A DNA stretch of 63,302 nt, the filler included, from Trichomonas gallinae (lineage: Eukaryota): assembly GCA_008369845.1 (NCBI GenBank). It is 4 parts of 4 records of this genome, joined end to end, with 100 filler letters (N's around TTAATTAATTAA, not from the genome) between each part and the next. Parts side by side here need not be neighbours in the genome. Positions count along the whole stretch, not along the records: positions 21,977 to 43,572 come from MRSU01001642.1; 3 more parts are not named here. The stretch is one strand, 5' to 3'. Below are positions 29,938 through 42,008 of the stretch, in pieces. Position 1 is the first letter of the stretch; the number at the start of each line of letters is the position of its first letter. The notes beneath the pieces were generated by a model that was not told the DNA's origin, made no database searches, and was given only the letters and a program-made list of their open reading frames with translations. Both the position numbers and the translations under genes were made by a program.

Positions 29938-31002
29938 ATGTTGAGGCGGCGGCCAGTTCAAGGTTCAGCCCCTAAACTTCCAACGATGAAATTAAATCTA
30001 GAAAAACCAGAAACAGAGCAAACTACTCAACAAAAACAGACATTTCAGCCACTTCAAAATCCGAAGTTTGAAATATTACAGCCAAACAGCGACAATTCAC
30101 TCATTAAAACACCAAGCATGAACACTAGAACAATACCATTTCAAAAACCAAAAGAAATCGCTAAAAAAGAAAGAAAAGAAAAAGATTATTCTTTTAGTTA
30201 CTCAGATTCTTATTATTCTGATTCGTATTCATATTCAGACAACGAGAATGACAATAATCAGTTATTGGATCTCGTTTTTCTCTTTCAAGGATTTTCAATG
30301 AAAATTTCCGAAAGAAATAACGAAAAAGAAATCAACAAACTTGAAGAAGACTTACAAAATGAGCATAAAAAGCTCAATGATATAAATAAAGAGCTTCTTG
30401 CCCAACAAAAATCAATTGATGAAATTATTTTATCTGATAAAATCTTTTTCACAGAATTATTCGATTTCTTTGCACATCAGCCCGAAGATTTAAGCACAGT
30501 AGAAGACGAATTCCTCGATGTTGCCGGTGTTTTAGACAGATTAAGAAGACTTAGAAAATTAGATCCAATACAATATACGGAATCAGGCCTTTCGAAGAGT
30601 GTCACATCAATAATTTCCTATTTTGCAGACATTGAGCTCGCTAATTGGGATTTTCTATCAAGAGTTCCTTTACTTGATATGAGATGGATTCGTGCTGGCT
30701 GGTTTTGGGAAAAAGAGGATGGGAATGCTGATCTAGTTCCATCAATATTCGATATTTTAGTGCCAACATTCGTTGAAAAGCTTTCTGCATCGAATTTACA
30801 ATGCGAATCAGATTTCGTTGCAGCTTATGTTCATTGCGTTGAAATATGTGACTACTGTAATGATTTTAGGATCGCAGGTATTCAGCTAAATGGCGCTTTT
30901 CAAAGAAAAATCGTTGATTCAGTAAATCGCAAGATTATCACCAAAAAACAGTACGAATCTATCCTAGATAGCATAGAACCCTATGGATCTTTAGTTCAAT
31001 AG
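29938..31002 (+). CDS. GCFC-domain protein (PAXBP1/GCFC2-like)
   Basis: FLDVAGVLDRLRRLRKLDPIQYTESGL...IELANWDFL..LLDMRW matches the GCFC-domain pattern; Inr-like TCATAT upstream of ATG 29938. Confidence 0.65.
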   Translation: MLRRRPVQGSAPKLPTMKLNLEKPETEQTTQQKQTFQPLQNPKFEILQPNSDNSLIKTPSMNTRTIPFQKPKEIAKKERKEKDYSFSYSDSYYSDSYSYSDNENDNNQLLDLVFLFQGFSMKISERNNEKEINKLEEDLQNEHKKLNDINKELLAQQKSIDEIILSDKIFFTELFDFFAHQPEDLSTVEDEFLDVAGVLDRLRRLRKLDPIQYTESGLSKSVTSIISYFADIELANWDFLSRVPLLDMRWIRAGWFWEKEDGNADLVPSIFDILVPTFVEKLSASNLQCESDFVAAYVHCVEICDYCNDFRIAGIQLNGAFQRKIVDSVNRKIITKKQYESILDSIEPYGSLVQ

Positions 31003-31326
31003 CAATTTTATCTGTTAGATTATTAATCACTCAAATACTGCGACTTCTTATATGGTGAATAGTGAAACCATACTTGTCATTGTTTGAATAAATGTTTTGT
31101 TTTATTTGTTTGAATTATTTTAATTTTTCAATTTCTTGAAATAGTTTTTTGTATTGTTATATATGAATTTTAACCATACTTTCTTCAGAATATTGCTGCT
31201 TATGATAATTTCATATTAAACAAAATATATCTAATTTGATGAAAAATTATTTTCGAATTAAGCGCTAATAGAAAAGAATAAAACAACTTTATTGGATACA
31301 AATTCTATAAAATCTATAAAAAAGTC

Positions 31327-32313
31327 TTATCGACCACTTAAAATGTTTTGCTTGATCTGAGCAATGTGAGCCTTTAAGTGTGGAGGTGCATATGACTCTA
31401 ATAAGTTATATGGATCATTTCTACAAGCAGAATCTATGAAGTTTCCGAAATGTTGAATCTTTTGGGCATCTGTGCAGTAGGAAGTCAAGAAATATGCGTA
31501 GAGCTTCACACATTTAACTACAACAGCTTCGTGAAGTGTCATTAAAGCGCCTTTCTCAGGCATTGGCCAAGTTAATTTCTGTGTTAATGTTTTAAGCGTG
31601 TTAAACGCGTCAACAAGTTCCTGCTGAGTGTTTGCATCATACATTCTGGGAGGAGCAATTCCAGACTGTATTTTACGCTGAACCATCAAAAATATTCTTT
31701 CGAATTCATTTTCGAGGTGTGCGCACTCGATTTCAGCTGTTTTCTCATCCATCTTCGATATAATGCTCAATATGCGATTCATATTATCAACATAGATCTT
31801 TCTACCTCTTTCGATTAAATTTTTCTTGAAATTTTGGTAAAGAGTGATTTTGAGGTTCTCATCGTCGACGACACGATTGAATGCATCGTTTACTAGCTTT
31901 TCTACTCTGTCAGCTGTGAAATAACAATGTAATGATAATGAATTAATATTTTGGACTTCAACGTTCTTTGTTTGCATCTCAGGGGTTAATGATTTTGCTG
32001 CGACAGAAGGAATTCCCATATAAGTTTCCTCCAATTCTTTGAAGTTCGGGATATCAAATTCTAATTCCTCCGAATAATTGTAAATATTTCCTTTGAACTT
32101 ATTCGTTGATGATTTAAGCTTGCCAATGATATCTTGATCATCAGATAATGGAATTTCGATGAGATCTCTCCAATGGTCTTGTAAATCCTGTGGCGTATGA
32201 TTAGGTTTAAAGCGGAATAACGTAACCATTTTCTTAAAATCACCAGGACAAATCGCATTTCCTTGTGTTAAATAGTCGTCTTCTTCAGGTGTCCAATCAT
32301 GCACTTTGGACAT
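31327..32313 (-). CDS. Myb/SANT-like N-terminal domain protein
   Basis: WTPEEDDYL...F..HTPQDLQDHWRDL single Myb-like repeat; 328 aa. Confidence 0.7.
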   Translation of the reverse strand: MSKVHDWTPEEDDYLTQGNAICPGDFKKMVTLFRFKPNHTPQDLQDHWRDLIEIPLSDDQDIIGKLKSSTNKFKGNIYNYSEELEFDIPNFKELEETYMGIPSVAAKSLTPEMQTKNVEVQNINSLSLHCYFTADRVEKLVNDAFNRVVDDENLKITLYQNFKKNLIERGRKIYVDNMNRILSIISKMDEKTAEIECAHLENEFERIFLMVQRKIQSGIAPPRMYDANTQQELVDAFNTLKTLTQKLTWPMPEKGALMTLHEAVVVKCVKLYAYFLTSYCTDAQKIQHFGNFIDSACRNDPYNLLESYAPPHLKAHIAQIKQNILSGR

Positions 32314-32756
32314 CTTTTGAATTAAGGGTCTGCCAAAAATAAAACGGTGATAATTTTACACGACAGAAATTAATTTTACACAACATTTTTATTTCTTCAT
32401 ATATCTTTTTTTATAATAATATCATCGAAGGTCAATAGTTTAAGTTTCAGAATCCTGCGGCAACTACAAACCAACTTAAGAGCTGTATGCATTTGACGAA
32501 TAATTAAAAAAAAGCAATTTTCCGATTTTTAATATGTTATATGTATTTATTTAGGTACTGTTATTAATAAGTTAGATATATAACACTTGACTTCGTTTAT
32601 AAAATCAAATAAAGATCTCATATATCATTTAAATCATTAACATTATGAGCATATAGAAAAATGTTGCTTGTGTTCGAAAATATTCGCAGTAAAAATATAT
32701 ATGTTTGCTAGAATTATGATTTTTATAGGTGTCTACATCCTTATTTATTATTTACT

Positions 32757-35105
32757 TTAAACTGTTTGTGTAAGGAGGGATTCTGTGAGTGTTTCCTTCT
32801 TGACCCAGCCAGTTCTCTTCATGCAACCCTTGACGACGAAGCCGACAATGATGCCTGTGAGGAGGATGATGCCAACGACTACGCAAGAAGCGATGATGAT
32901 GACCTTCTTTGTGATCTTATGGTCTGGCTTTGGCTTTACACTTGGTATTGGCGTTCTGAGTGGTGGGCAGATGCTTGTTTGCGTCACCTTTTGACCAGCA
33001 AATTCTGTTCCATTGTAGTATGAAGCAACTTGAACTTCGATTGGGTCAGATTGTGGTTCGTGATTAATAACAGCCATGCCACCAACTGCCATGTCTGAGC
33101 AGTAGATGATTGTCTTGAGAGACATTGTACCGCTGAGTGCATTGTCATCCATAGAAACAATGTTGCCCAAGAACTTGATCGTGTGGAGTCCGATGTCCTT
33201 ATCGAAAACGCCTGAGCCGAATCTTGAAAGGTTCTCACTGCGGATCTCTACTGTCTGGAGCTTGCTGTTGTGAGCGAATGCACTCTTCTGGATTCTTGTG
33301 ACACGGAATGGGATGACGAGGTTGGAAATTGCTGTGTTGTTGAATGCTCCACTGCCGATTGTCTGGAGTGACTCTGGAAGTTCGATGCTCTTGAGGGATG
33401 TGCAGTATGCAAAGGCATTGGACCAGATCTGCTCGACGCGTGGTCCGAATTTAATTTCTGTGAGTTGTCTGTTGTAGAAGAAGGCATTTTGTGCAATGAC
33501 CCTGAGCTTCTTTGGAAGAACAATTGTCTTGAAGTTGGCGAATTTGAATGCGCTTTCGCCGATATATGTGAGATTTTCTGGTAATTCGATGGAATTCAAT
33601 GGGCAGCCCTCGAAAACGGACTTCATGATATTGCCGATATTACTTGCAATCTTAACCTTGGCGAGGCTCTTACATTCATAGAATGCGTTGTCGCAAAGTG
33701 AAATAACGTGGCTGATGTCGGCTTCTGTGAGTGAGGAGCAATATGCGAAAGCGTAGTCAAAGAGAACCATGACCTTCTCTGGGACTTCAATGCGGATTAA
33801 TCCTGAGCAGCCATTGAAGCAGTGCATTCCGATTGTTTCAAGATTCTTTGAGAATGTGATTGACTTGATATTCTTGGCATATGCGAAAGCGTAGTCTGTG
33901 AGGTCTGTTACTGTATCTGGGATTGTAACAGATGTTAATTCGTTGCCTTGTGGGTAGAGGTAAATCATTGTGCCTTCCTTATTCCAGAGAGCCTTGAGAG
34001 TTGCGTCGGTCTTGAAGAATTGGTTGTTTTCTGTAACAATGATTTGTGTAAGTTCCTTCATTCCGCTGAGAGCGGCCTGGCCGAGCATTTGGACTGAATC
34101 TGGGAGTGTGAATGTTGTGAATCCTGTGCCAAATAAAGCATACTTGCCGATGCTCTGGACTTTACCAAGGAATGTAATGCTTGAGAGGTTTGGGCAGGCA
34201 TTGAAGGCATAATCTGGGATAATTGTCATATTTGGAACGATGAATGACTTGAGAGCTAAGCAACCCGCGAAAGCGCCACTTTCGAAAACATAATCTAAAT
34301 TACTTTCAAGACCAACAAGTTCTACAAGGCTAGAGCATGAATCGAATGATTGAGGTCCAATTCTCCTGAATGTCTTTCCGAATGTGACCTTCTTAAGATT
34401 TGTGCATGCCGAGAAGCATTTGAAAACAAGGATTTCGACATTCTTGAGGTCAACCTCTTCTAAAGCAAAGCAGCCTTCGAAAACATGAGCTGGAAGCTCT
34501 TTGAGATTATTTGGAATTGGGATATTCTTCATACTGGTGCAGCCATTGAAGCAATTTTCGCCTAATGCAACAAGGTTCTCTGGCCACTCAACATCAGAGA
34601 GTTTTGAGCAAGCATAGAATGTGAAGTTTGCAAATGTAACCTCTTTAGCTGGTTTAGATGCATCACCATCGACTGGTTTGAATGTAACAAGATTTTCACA
34701 TCCATTGAAGGCATAATTGTTGTAGTATGATGTACCCTTACGGTAATAAAATGTTTTGAGCTTTGTGCAGCCGTAAAAAGCATAGTTGCCAATGTATGTA
34801 ACATTCTCTGGGACTGTAAATGTTGTAAGTTCCAAGTTCATGCAGAAAGCGTAGCCCATAATCTTTTCAATCGGTGCTTCAATTATAAGATTTGCTAATT
34901 GGGTAGATCCATCAAAGGCATGTAATGGGATGATGTTGTAGGTTCCCTTAATGATAAGTGTAGACCAGTTTCTGCCTTCTGGGAACAATTCGGTAATCTG
35001 GTCAGCAGTATATTCGGAATCAGCTGTGACAACTAATGTGTTTGTCACATAATCGTACTTAAATTCGTTTGCACAAAAGGAGCGCGCAAAAAGAAGCGAA
35101 AACAT
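32757..35105 (-). CDS. BspA-like TpLRR surface protein
   Basis: Many L..I.LP..L..IG..AF..C repeats, signal peptide (MFSLLFARS), Pro-rich stalk, TM helix, tail ETLTESLL (dileucine-like); ATG at 35105. Confidence 0.93.
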   Translation of the reverse strand: MFSLLFARSFCANEFKYDYVTNTLVVTADSEYTADQITELFPEGRNWSTLIIKGTYNIIPLHAFDGSTQLANLIIEAPIEKIMGYAFCMNLELTTFTVPENVTYIGNYAFYGCTKLKTFYYRKGTSYYNNYAFNGCENLVTFKPVDGDASKPAKEVTFANFTFYACSKLSDVEWPENLVALGENCFNGCTSMKNIPIPNNLKELPAHVFEGCFALEEVDLKNVEILVFKCFSACTNLKKVTFGKTFRRIGPQSFDSCSSLVELVGLESNLDYVFESGAFAGCLALKSFIVPNMTIIPDYAFNACPNLSSITFLGKVQSIGKYALFGTGFTTFTLPDSVQMLGQAALSGMKELTQIIVTENNQFFKTDATLKALWNKEGTMIYLYPQGNELTSVTIPDTVTDLTDYAFAYAKNIKSITFSKNLETIGMHCFNGCSGLIRIEVPEKVMVLFDYAFAYCSSLTEADISHVISLCDNAFYECKSLAKVKIASNIGNIMKSVFEGCPLNSIELPENLTYIGESAFKFANFKTIVLPKKLRVIAQNAFFYNRQLTEIKFGPRVEQIWSNAFAYCTSLKSIELPESLQTIGSGAFNNTAISNLVIPFRVTRIQKSAFAHNSKLQTVEIRSENLSRFGSGVFDKDIGLHTIKFLGNIVSMDDNALSGTMSLKTIIYCSDMAVGGMAVINHEPQSDPIEVQVASYYNGTEFAGQKVTQTSICPPLRTPIPSVKPKPDHKITKKVIIIASCVVVGIILLTGIIVGFVVKGCMKRTGWVKKETLTESLLTQTV

Positions 35106-36466
35106 AATAAATGAAATTTGACAAGGCAGATGACACATTTGTCACTTAACCTTATAACAACATATGATATACTACTTTAAATGATTAAATAATAATAATA
35201 AAAAACAAATATAATTTTTCATCGTTTTTTATTTAAATATGAAATCTATTAAATATTGAATAGTATCTTATATATTGCTTAAATATTTAAAAAGTTTGAC
35301 TGCTATTGTTTTTTCGTTTTATTTTTATTGTTTGTTTTCTATTATTTAATTTAAACAGACTTAAAACGATTTTTATTGAAAGTGATGTGAGAAATATTTT
35401 GTGAAAAGCATTCAAATAATTGTTAAGAAAAAATTAATTACGGGCGTGAAATAATGCTAAAAATTAAAATTATATTATTTATATCATATACAATTATTTC
35501 TATTTTCTAATAGTTTGAATTGAAAATAATCGTTTACAGTATAAATTCAAATTACGGTTTTGGTCCAATATATTCTATTGCGTATATAATAAAGATCTTG
35601 TTTTTCGAATAAAAGATGATTATCTTTCGGATAATGCGACCATTCATCGGATCATGATAAATTGGAAAAAAGAAAATGAAATATAGACTAGACATATCAC
35701 ATGCATAACAGCTCAATTCTATAGCTTAAAAAAAGAAAAAAATATCCCAGAACCCAAGTTATCATATCGGCTTTTTACTATCTTCTATGCAATATATTTT
35801 TGCTATATCTGATTTTAATTACTATTTTGGCCATTAGTTCCGTTTATTCGCAAATTTTTCAAATTTCGAATCGTGAAATCTCTACAACTCATTATAATAA
35901 TCAGGTAGAATTTTTCTAGTATTTGAATGCAGTTTGACGTATAAATGTAGTAAAAAATATGTTTTCTGATTTATCAAATAAGTTTTCATCATGTATCTAT
36001 ATAACATTCTATTTTCTTTCCGCATATATGAAATTAAAACAGTAATCATCTTCTCTTATTTAACTGATTATTATTGTTTGGATAAAAATTACAAATATAA
36101 AGCTATGTATCGGAATATATCATCTAAACCATGTATTCTAATACAATTAAACTATTCCGAAAAATATATCATGAAATTCAGTGATATTTTTATTAATATG
36201 TGATAGATCTAAATTATTTTGGTCATAGCATGATTGGCTGATTGTATAATCAAACTAATGAGATTTCATATAGATAAAAGCATTTGAAGTGCAAAAAAAT
36301 TTGAAATAAATATTATTCGTTAAGTTTGAGAAAAATGCCTTAACATATGTATTTTAGTGGCTATACATATAGTAATGGAAAAATATATTTTAACAAAATA
36401 AAAGTTTTAATTTTCAAAGATCGAAAAAATTTAGATTTAATCTAATAGGGATCAGATTTTGCCACC

Positions 36467-36600
36467 TTATGCTGTTGCTTCACTGACTTTCTTCTTCTTG
36501 AAGTAGAAAACAGCTAAAACATTCTTGCGATGACAATTCCTGCAATTGCGCCGTCTCTTAATCCATTATCTGTCTCTTTTTGGAATCTAGGGTCAGCATA
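36467..36600 (-). pseudogene. Remnant of a surface-protein TM/cytosolic tail
   Basis: Two frames give ...DNGLRDGAIAGIVIA / VLAVFYFKKKKVSEATA*, i.e. a GAIAGIVI TM anchor with an internal deletion. Confidence 0.65.
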
Positions 36601-36846
36601 GCTGTTGATTGACTCTACTGCAGATTAGAGATTGAAGAATGTGATTTCTCTGACAAAAATGGATTGTTGATTGTAAAAACGAGAGCAGGAAAGGCTGTCT
36701 ATATTGTAAATACATGTAATATTCATATAATGTCGTTTTTGTAAAAACAATTTTGGGTGAAGAACGAGATGTTAAACAGTAATCAGATAAAAAATATGAG
36801 AGCAATTATAGTTGTAGTTGAGAGACAAAATCTCTCTTTTTCTAGA

Positions 36847-37218
36847 TTATTCAATGGTGAGTCTCTCATAAAATTGCTTTAGATTAGCAAAATTAATGGA
36901 TTCATTCTTTGCAACTTTAGTACCGTTAATATGTTCAGATGTATAGCATTTCACAATTTCTTCCGCGAATTTTCCTAATTTTTTTTTTTGAATTTCTTTC
37001 TTTTTTGATAATGGTCGGGATTCTTTGACTTCAGTTGGTTTTACAATTTCGATGAAGTTTGTTTGACTTGGCTTCTGGCTAATAATCGCATTTTCGATTT
37101 TGCTATTTGATTCAGATTCAGTTTTAGGCTGAGCTTCAGACTCAAGACCACTTTCTATTCTAATATTACTAATGTCATCATCTGTGAAGTCAGTTAAACC
37201 AAATAATTTGAGATTCAT
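36847..37218 (-). CDS. Small hypothetical protein
   Basis: 123 aa from MNLKLFG; coding-like composition. Confidence 0.55.
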   Translation of the reverse strand: MNLKLFGLTDFTDDDISNIRIESGLESEAQPKTESESNSKIENAIISQKPSQTNFIEIVKPTEVKESRPLSKKKEIQKKKLGKFAEEIVKCYTSEHINGTKVAKNESINFANLKQFYERLTIE

Positions 37219-37326
37219 TATAATAAAATTGACACAAAAGTGACAAATTAGATTTGCCATCACTTGATGAGGAAACACCATTAGTCAATGCTGCACCAAA
37301 TGAACACTATTTAAAACAGGAGTTCC

Positions 37327-38294
37327 ATGGAGTTTGACCCTGTTGGCAGTGCCATGTCCATTCCAGAGATGATAAAGAATGACACACTCATATAAGTCCT
37401 CGACTAAGACCAGTAATCAGAAGAGTGTGCTTGAAGAATATTAAACTGACAGCTGACGAATCTCTCTAAATCCTCGATAAGGTTAAGTCTAAGTATAACG
37501 TTACAGACAGGTTCAAAGCTGTTTGACATATTTTCACTGATTTTGGTGAAGGCAGTAATTTTGATAATAATAAGTTTGTCGAATTCATCAAAGTCTTAGG
37601 CCGATGCATCCACATCGACATCCTTGATTCTGTCTCTAGTATCAATGAATCTCGATTTTCCAAAAACGACCAACAATCTTCAGAAAACAAACAAATTTCA
37701 CAAAAAGCATCTACTGATATACAAAAACATCAAAAGAAAGAATCATCCAAGGGTACTAATTCAATTAAACCTTCAAAATCCAGAAGTATCACGAATGAAT
37801 CCCAAGAATTGAAAATAAATATCGAATTACTGAAGCAGATTCCGAAAACACCAGACAAATTCGAAATAATCTATGGGGTTATGGAAATAATTGCGAAACA
37901 TAAAGACAGAGTTGCCATGCCTTTTGCTGTCAAAGAAAGATTCTGCTACGTGGAAAATACAGTCAATTTGCATAACACACTCACTTTAGTAGCATTACAG
38001 GGCAATCAAGATTTGGTACGTCTTTTAATCGAATCCAAGGCTGATGTTAATACTAAAGCCGGTGGATGTACGGCATTACATTGGGCATCATTGAAGGGTC
38101 TAGAAGTTGTCAAACTCCCACTCGCAGTCCATGGAATCGATGTCAATGCAAAAGACATACAGAACAAAACAGTCTTAATCTATGCTTCTACCCTAGGTTG
38201 TTATGAAATTCTCAACCTCCTTCTCGAAGTTCCCGATATTGACAAGGATGGTGCACTTGATGCTGCTTTAGTTGGAATATTTAATCGCCCATAA
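37327..38294 (+). pseudogene. Ankyrin-repeat pseudogene
   Basis: N-terminus MEFDP..IPEMIKNDTLI* with stops and frameshifts is homologous to the 55426 locus; the ankyrin ORF is at 37809-38294. Confidence 0.85.
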
Positions 38295-38610
38295 GTAATG
38301 ATTATCACAAAATTGGTCAATTGCATGTTCTTCGTAATCCTGCAACGTTAAATCAATATCATATTGCTCACCTGGAATTAATATTAATATCTTCAGCTTA
38401 AAACGAATCATGAGAATGTAAATATAGCTTAAAAAACTACCTATTTAAGTTTATAGACTTAAATTGTTTTTGTATTATAAAGAATTTATGATTTTGTTTT
38501 ATAAAGTACCTTTTATTCTATTTATAAGTCTATTTATATGTCAATTATGAAATATAGAATCATTTATGATTTATATTGTACATTTATAAAGTAGATACTA
38601 TGGAAAGAGA

Positions 38611-40401
38611 TTACTGAAGTTGGAATTTGACGAGATCTGAGTAGATTCCATTCTGCTTGAGAAGGCCTTCGTGTGTTCCTTCTTCGACAACTTTGCCGTT
38701 CTGGAAGACCAAGATTCTGTCAGCGTTCTTGACTGTTGCAAGTCTGTGGGCAACGACTATAGCCGTCTTTCCCTTCCTGACCCTCTCGAGAGACTTCTGG
38801 ACAAGCTGCTCAGACTCAGTGTCGAGGGCTGCTGTAGCTTCATCGAGAAGAAGAATTGGAGAATCAGAGAGGATGGCTCTGGAAATGCAGATACGCTGCT
38901 TCTGGCCGCCGGAAAGCGAAGTCTGCTGAACTTCTGTCTGGTAGTTCTTCTCCATCGTCATGATGAAATCGTGCGCGTTTCCGACTTTTGCTGCTTCAGC
39001 GACATCTTCATCCTTTGCCTGCGGCTTTGAGTATCTGATATTGTCAGCGATGGACATGGAGAAGAGGACTGGTGTCTGTGGGACAGTTGCAATCTGAGAA
39101 CGAAGGAATGTCTGTGATAAATCTTTGATATTCTTTCCATCGAGCAAGATTTCGCCTTCATTGATCTCATAGAATCTCTGGAGGAGCTGTAATGTTGTTG
39201 TCTTGCCACAGCCAGATTCACCGACCAAGGCAACTGTCTCACCTGGGTTGATTGTGAAATTAAGTTCCTTGACAGCGTATTCTGTGCGTGTAGAATAGTG
39301 GAATCCGACATTCTTGAACTCAATCTTACCCTTAACATCGCTCATTGTGTCGCCTTGCTTTCTATCGATTTCAGGAACTTTGTTGATGATCTCCAAAACC
39401 TTTCTAGATGAAATGTTAGCCTTTCTGAAGTCATCAATTGATGAGAAAACCTGTGTAAAGCCCATTGTTGCGAACATAAGTGACATCATTAAAACCAAAG
39501 CATCACCAGCTTCGATGCCGTACTCTGGTTTCTTGATAATGAAGTATGATGTGAAATAAAGAACTGCAGCAATCATAGCATTTGCAAAGAATGAGATGAC
39601 TCCATCTTTTACACCGTGAGCAATTGATGTTGTTGTATAAACGTCATCAACACCATCAAGGGAAGATGCATATGCTTCGTATTCACGCATTTCACCGTCG
39701 AATGCTTTAACAGTTCTGAATTGTGTGATAACTTCTTCTGCTTTTGATGCAGCAGATGTGGATCTTTCGTTATATTTGTACCAGAGCTTGCCAACGTATC
39801 TTTCACCAAGCCAAAATGTCAATAAAACAATTGGAATTGCGCCACAGCAGATTAACGAAATTCTCCAGCTGGAAATGAAAGAGATGACGATGCCACCAAT
39901 GGCTTGGACACCATTTTGAATTACTTGAAGGAATTTATCTATGTACGTTTCTCTAATCAAAGTTACATCCTCTGAAAGTCTTGATATGAGCACACCAGTT
40001 GATTGTTGATCGAAGTAATCAATTGTCTGGTTAATCAAAGATGAATAAATTTTAAGGCGCACATCCGTAGCAAACTTTGGCACGCAATACGATTTAAGTG
40101 ATTGCGAAACGAGCATGAAGAACAACATTGCTATATTAATGTAAGCCATTCTAAGAATTGTAGGTGTTATGGATTTTACGATATCGGTTTCACCAGTAGA
40201 AGCTTGCGAGGTTAAATCACCCATGAAAAAGTTCATCATGAGAGGTACCATACCTGCACATGCTGTTAATAGAACAGTGATTGTGAACATGCACTTATTC
40301 TGGAAGAACTTTAGCATAGTTATCATTTCAAATCCCGTTGTCTTTACGTCTTGATCATCCTGTGATCCCATTGTTTTGAACACTTTAAACTGTGGAGGCA
40401 T
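38611..40401 (-). CDS. ABC transporter B-family half transporter (MDR/TAP-like)
   Basis: TM domain plus Walker A GESGCGKT, LSGGQKQR signature, LLLDEATAALD and AHRL. Confidence 0.95.
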   Translation of the reverse strand: MPPQFKVFKTMGSQDDQDVKTTGFEMITMLKFFQNKCMFTITVLLTACAGMVPLMMNFFMGDLTSQASTGETDIVKSITPTILRMAYINIAMLFFMLVSQSLKSYCVPKFATDVRLKIYSSLINQTIDYFDQQSTGVLISRLSEDVTLIRETYIDKFLQVIQNGVQAIGGIVISFISSWRISLICCGAIPIVLLTFWLGERYVGKLWYKYNERSTSAASKAEEVITQFRTVKAFDGEMREYEAYASSLDGVDDVYTTTSIAHGVKDGVISFFANAMIAAVLYFTSYFIIKKPEYGIEAGDALVLMMSLMFATMGFTQVFSSIDDFRKANISSRKVLEIINKVPEIDRKQGDTMSDVKGKIEFKNVGFHYSTRTEYAVKELNFTINPGETVALVGESGCGKTTTLQLLQRFYEINEGEILLDGKNIKDLSQTFLRSQIATVPQTPVLFSMSIADNIRYSKPQAKDEDVAEAAKVGNAHDFIMTMEKNYQTEVQQTSLSGGQKQRICISRAILSDSPILLLDEATAALDTESEQLVQKSLERVRKGKTAIVVAHRLATVKNADRILVFQNGKVVEEGTHEGLLKQNGIYSDLVKFQLQ

Positions 40402-41423
40402 GTTTCAGTTGTTTTTTAAAAAACTAAATCCAAAAAAAAGTGCTACAGAAAATTGCGAAAAATGGATCGGTGATTTTGATAACTTTACAAAATAATCGTT
40501 AATTTTCAAAATTTTTCTCGTTAATATCATTTCAAACACTATATACAACATATCTTTCACTTTGAATAATCTAAAATTTTTGATCCATATACATCATATA
40601 TAATAATTCATTGACTTAAATTTTCGTATGTAAATTTTTTTGAGATGGATGCTGCCCCTAAATAAGAACTTTGAATAAAATCCACCCCCTGAAATCATTT
40701 AATTTTTGTTAACATCATCGGTTTTTTTGTGATGACACAAAACAATTTTTACTCTTTTATAGTTTATAACACAAATAATCGAAAATTTTAATCTATAAAA
40801 AATTATTCAATCTGAAATAATTCGCATATGCATTATTTCTAATTGTTAAATGCATTGATAAAATTTGCTAATTTTTTATGCGATTAGTAAACAACAATCG
40901 AGATCATTGCAATGAACCAGTGAATTCTTGCATAATATAAGCAGAATAACGGAGATATTGAGAGACTAGATAAAGATCATTTGCCAAATGGAAAGGATCT
41001 AGAATTATGACGACAACGCGTGTTATAATATGGAAATATATCTTATTTATGAGTTTGTTTCAACTATCTTTATCTATTTTCCATAAAATACCCTTAATTT
41101 TATTCGATATTAAAAAATGTGTTAGCTAATCATCTAGTACGACAGTGTAAAATCTTATCTATGACAATGCGTTATCTTTTTCTTCATTAAAAGGTCAAGA
41201 TAAGTTAAATATTATTATTTTTTTTTGATAAAACAAAATTAAATTACTGTTGCCGCTCAATACTAGCTTTAATTCCCATGGATGAGCAAACGTTATAAAG
41301 ATTTCCAATAAATTATGCTAATATTAAGCGTTCATAAAATTCATCCTAGAAAAATGATTAAACTAATAAAAAAAATTCTTATTGATAGTAAATAAAAACT
41401 AGATAACAGTTGATAGGTCATGT

Positions 41424-42008
41424 TTAGCAGGAACAATTATTTGTTTTTGTATTTCCAGCTGCTGTAACAGGAATTGGGTTGATCTGAGTTGTCTTTGAAT
41501 CCTTCCTATAGATTTGTGTTGCAACACGCAAGAAAGCATCCTTTACATTATCACCGGCGCGGGCGGATGTTTCTAAATATTGAATCTGATGGTGAGATGC
41601 GAACTTTTCGGCCTCGGAAACAGTAACAACTCTAGATGATGAGAGATCAGACTTATTACCAATCAATAATACAACAGCACTTGGATCACAGAGAGTGTGA
41701 ACATCATTGAGCCACATATTGACGTCATCGAATGTTTTCCTTTCTGTAATGTCGAAAACAAGAATTACGCCAACCGCATTTCTAAAGTAGGCTTTGGCAA
41801 TAGATCTAAATCTCTCTTGGCCTGCTGTATCCCAAATTTGGAGTTTTACTGTGTTGCCGTCAACTTCGACTGTGGTTGAATCGAACTCTACACCAATTGT
41901 TGACTGGGAATCGTTTGAAAATGTATTGTCGACGAGCCGCTTCATAAGGGCTGTTTTTCCGACACCGGATGAGCCGATGATGATGAATTTGTAACTGACT
42001 GCAGTCAT
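41424..42008 (-). CDS. Rab family small GTPase
   Basis: GSSGVGKT, TIGVEF, WDTAGQE, GNKSD, ETSA and C-terminal CSC prenylation motif. Confidence 0.97.
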   Translation of the reverse strand: MTAVSYKFIIIGSSGVGKTALMKRLVDNTFSNDSQSTIGVEFDSTTVEVDGNTVKLQIWDTAGQERFRSIAKAYFRNAVGVILVFDITERKTFDDVNMWLNDVHTLCDPSAVVLLIGNKSDLSSSRVVTVSEAEKFASHHQIQYLETSARAGDNVKDAFLRVATQIYRKDSKTTQINPIPVTAAGNTKTNNCSC

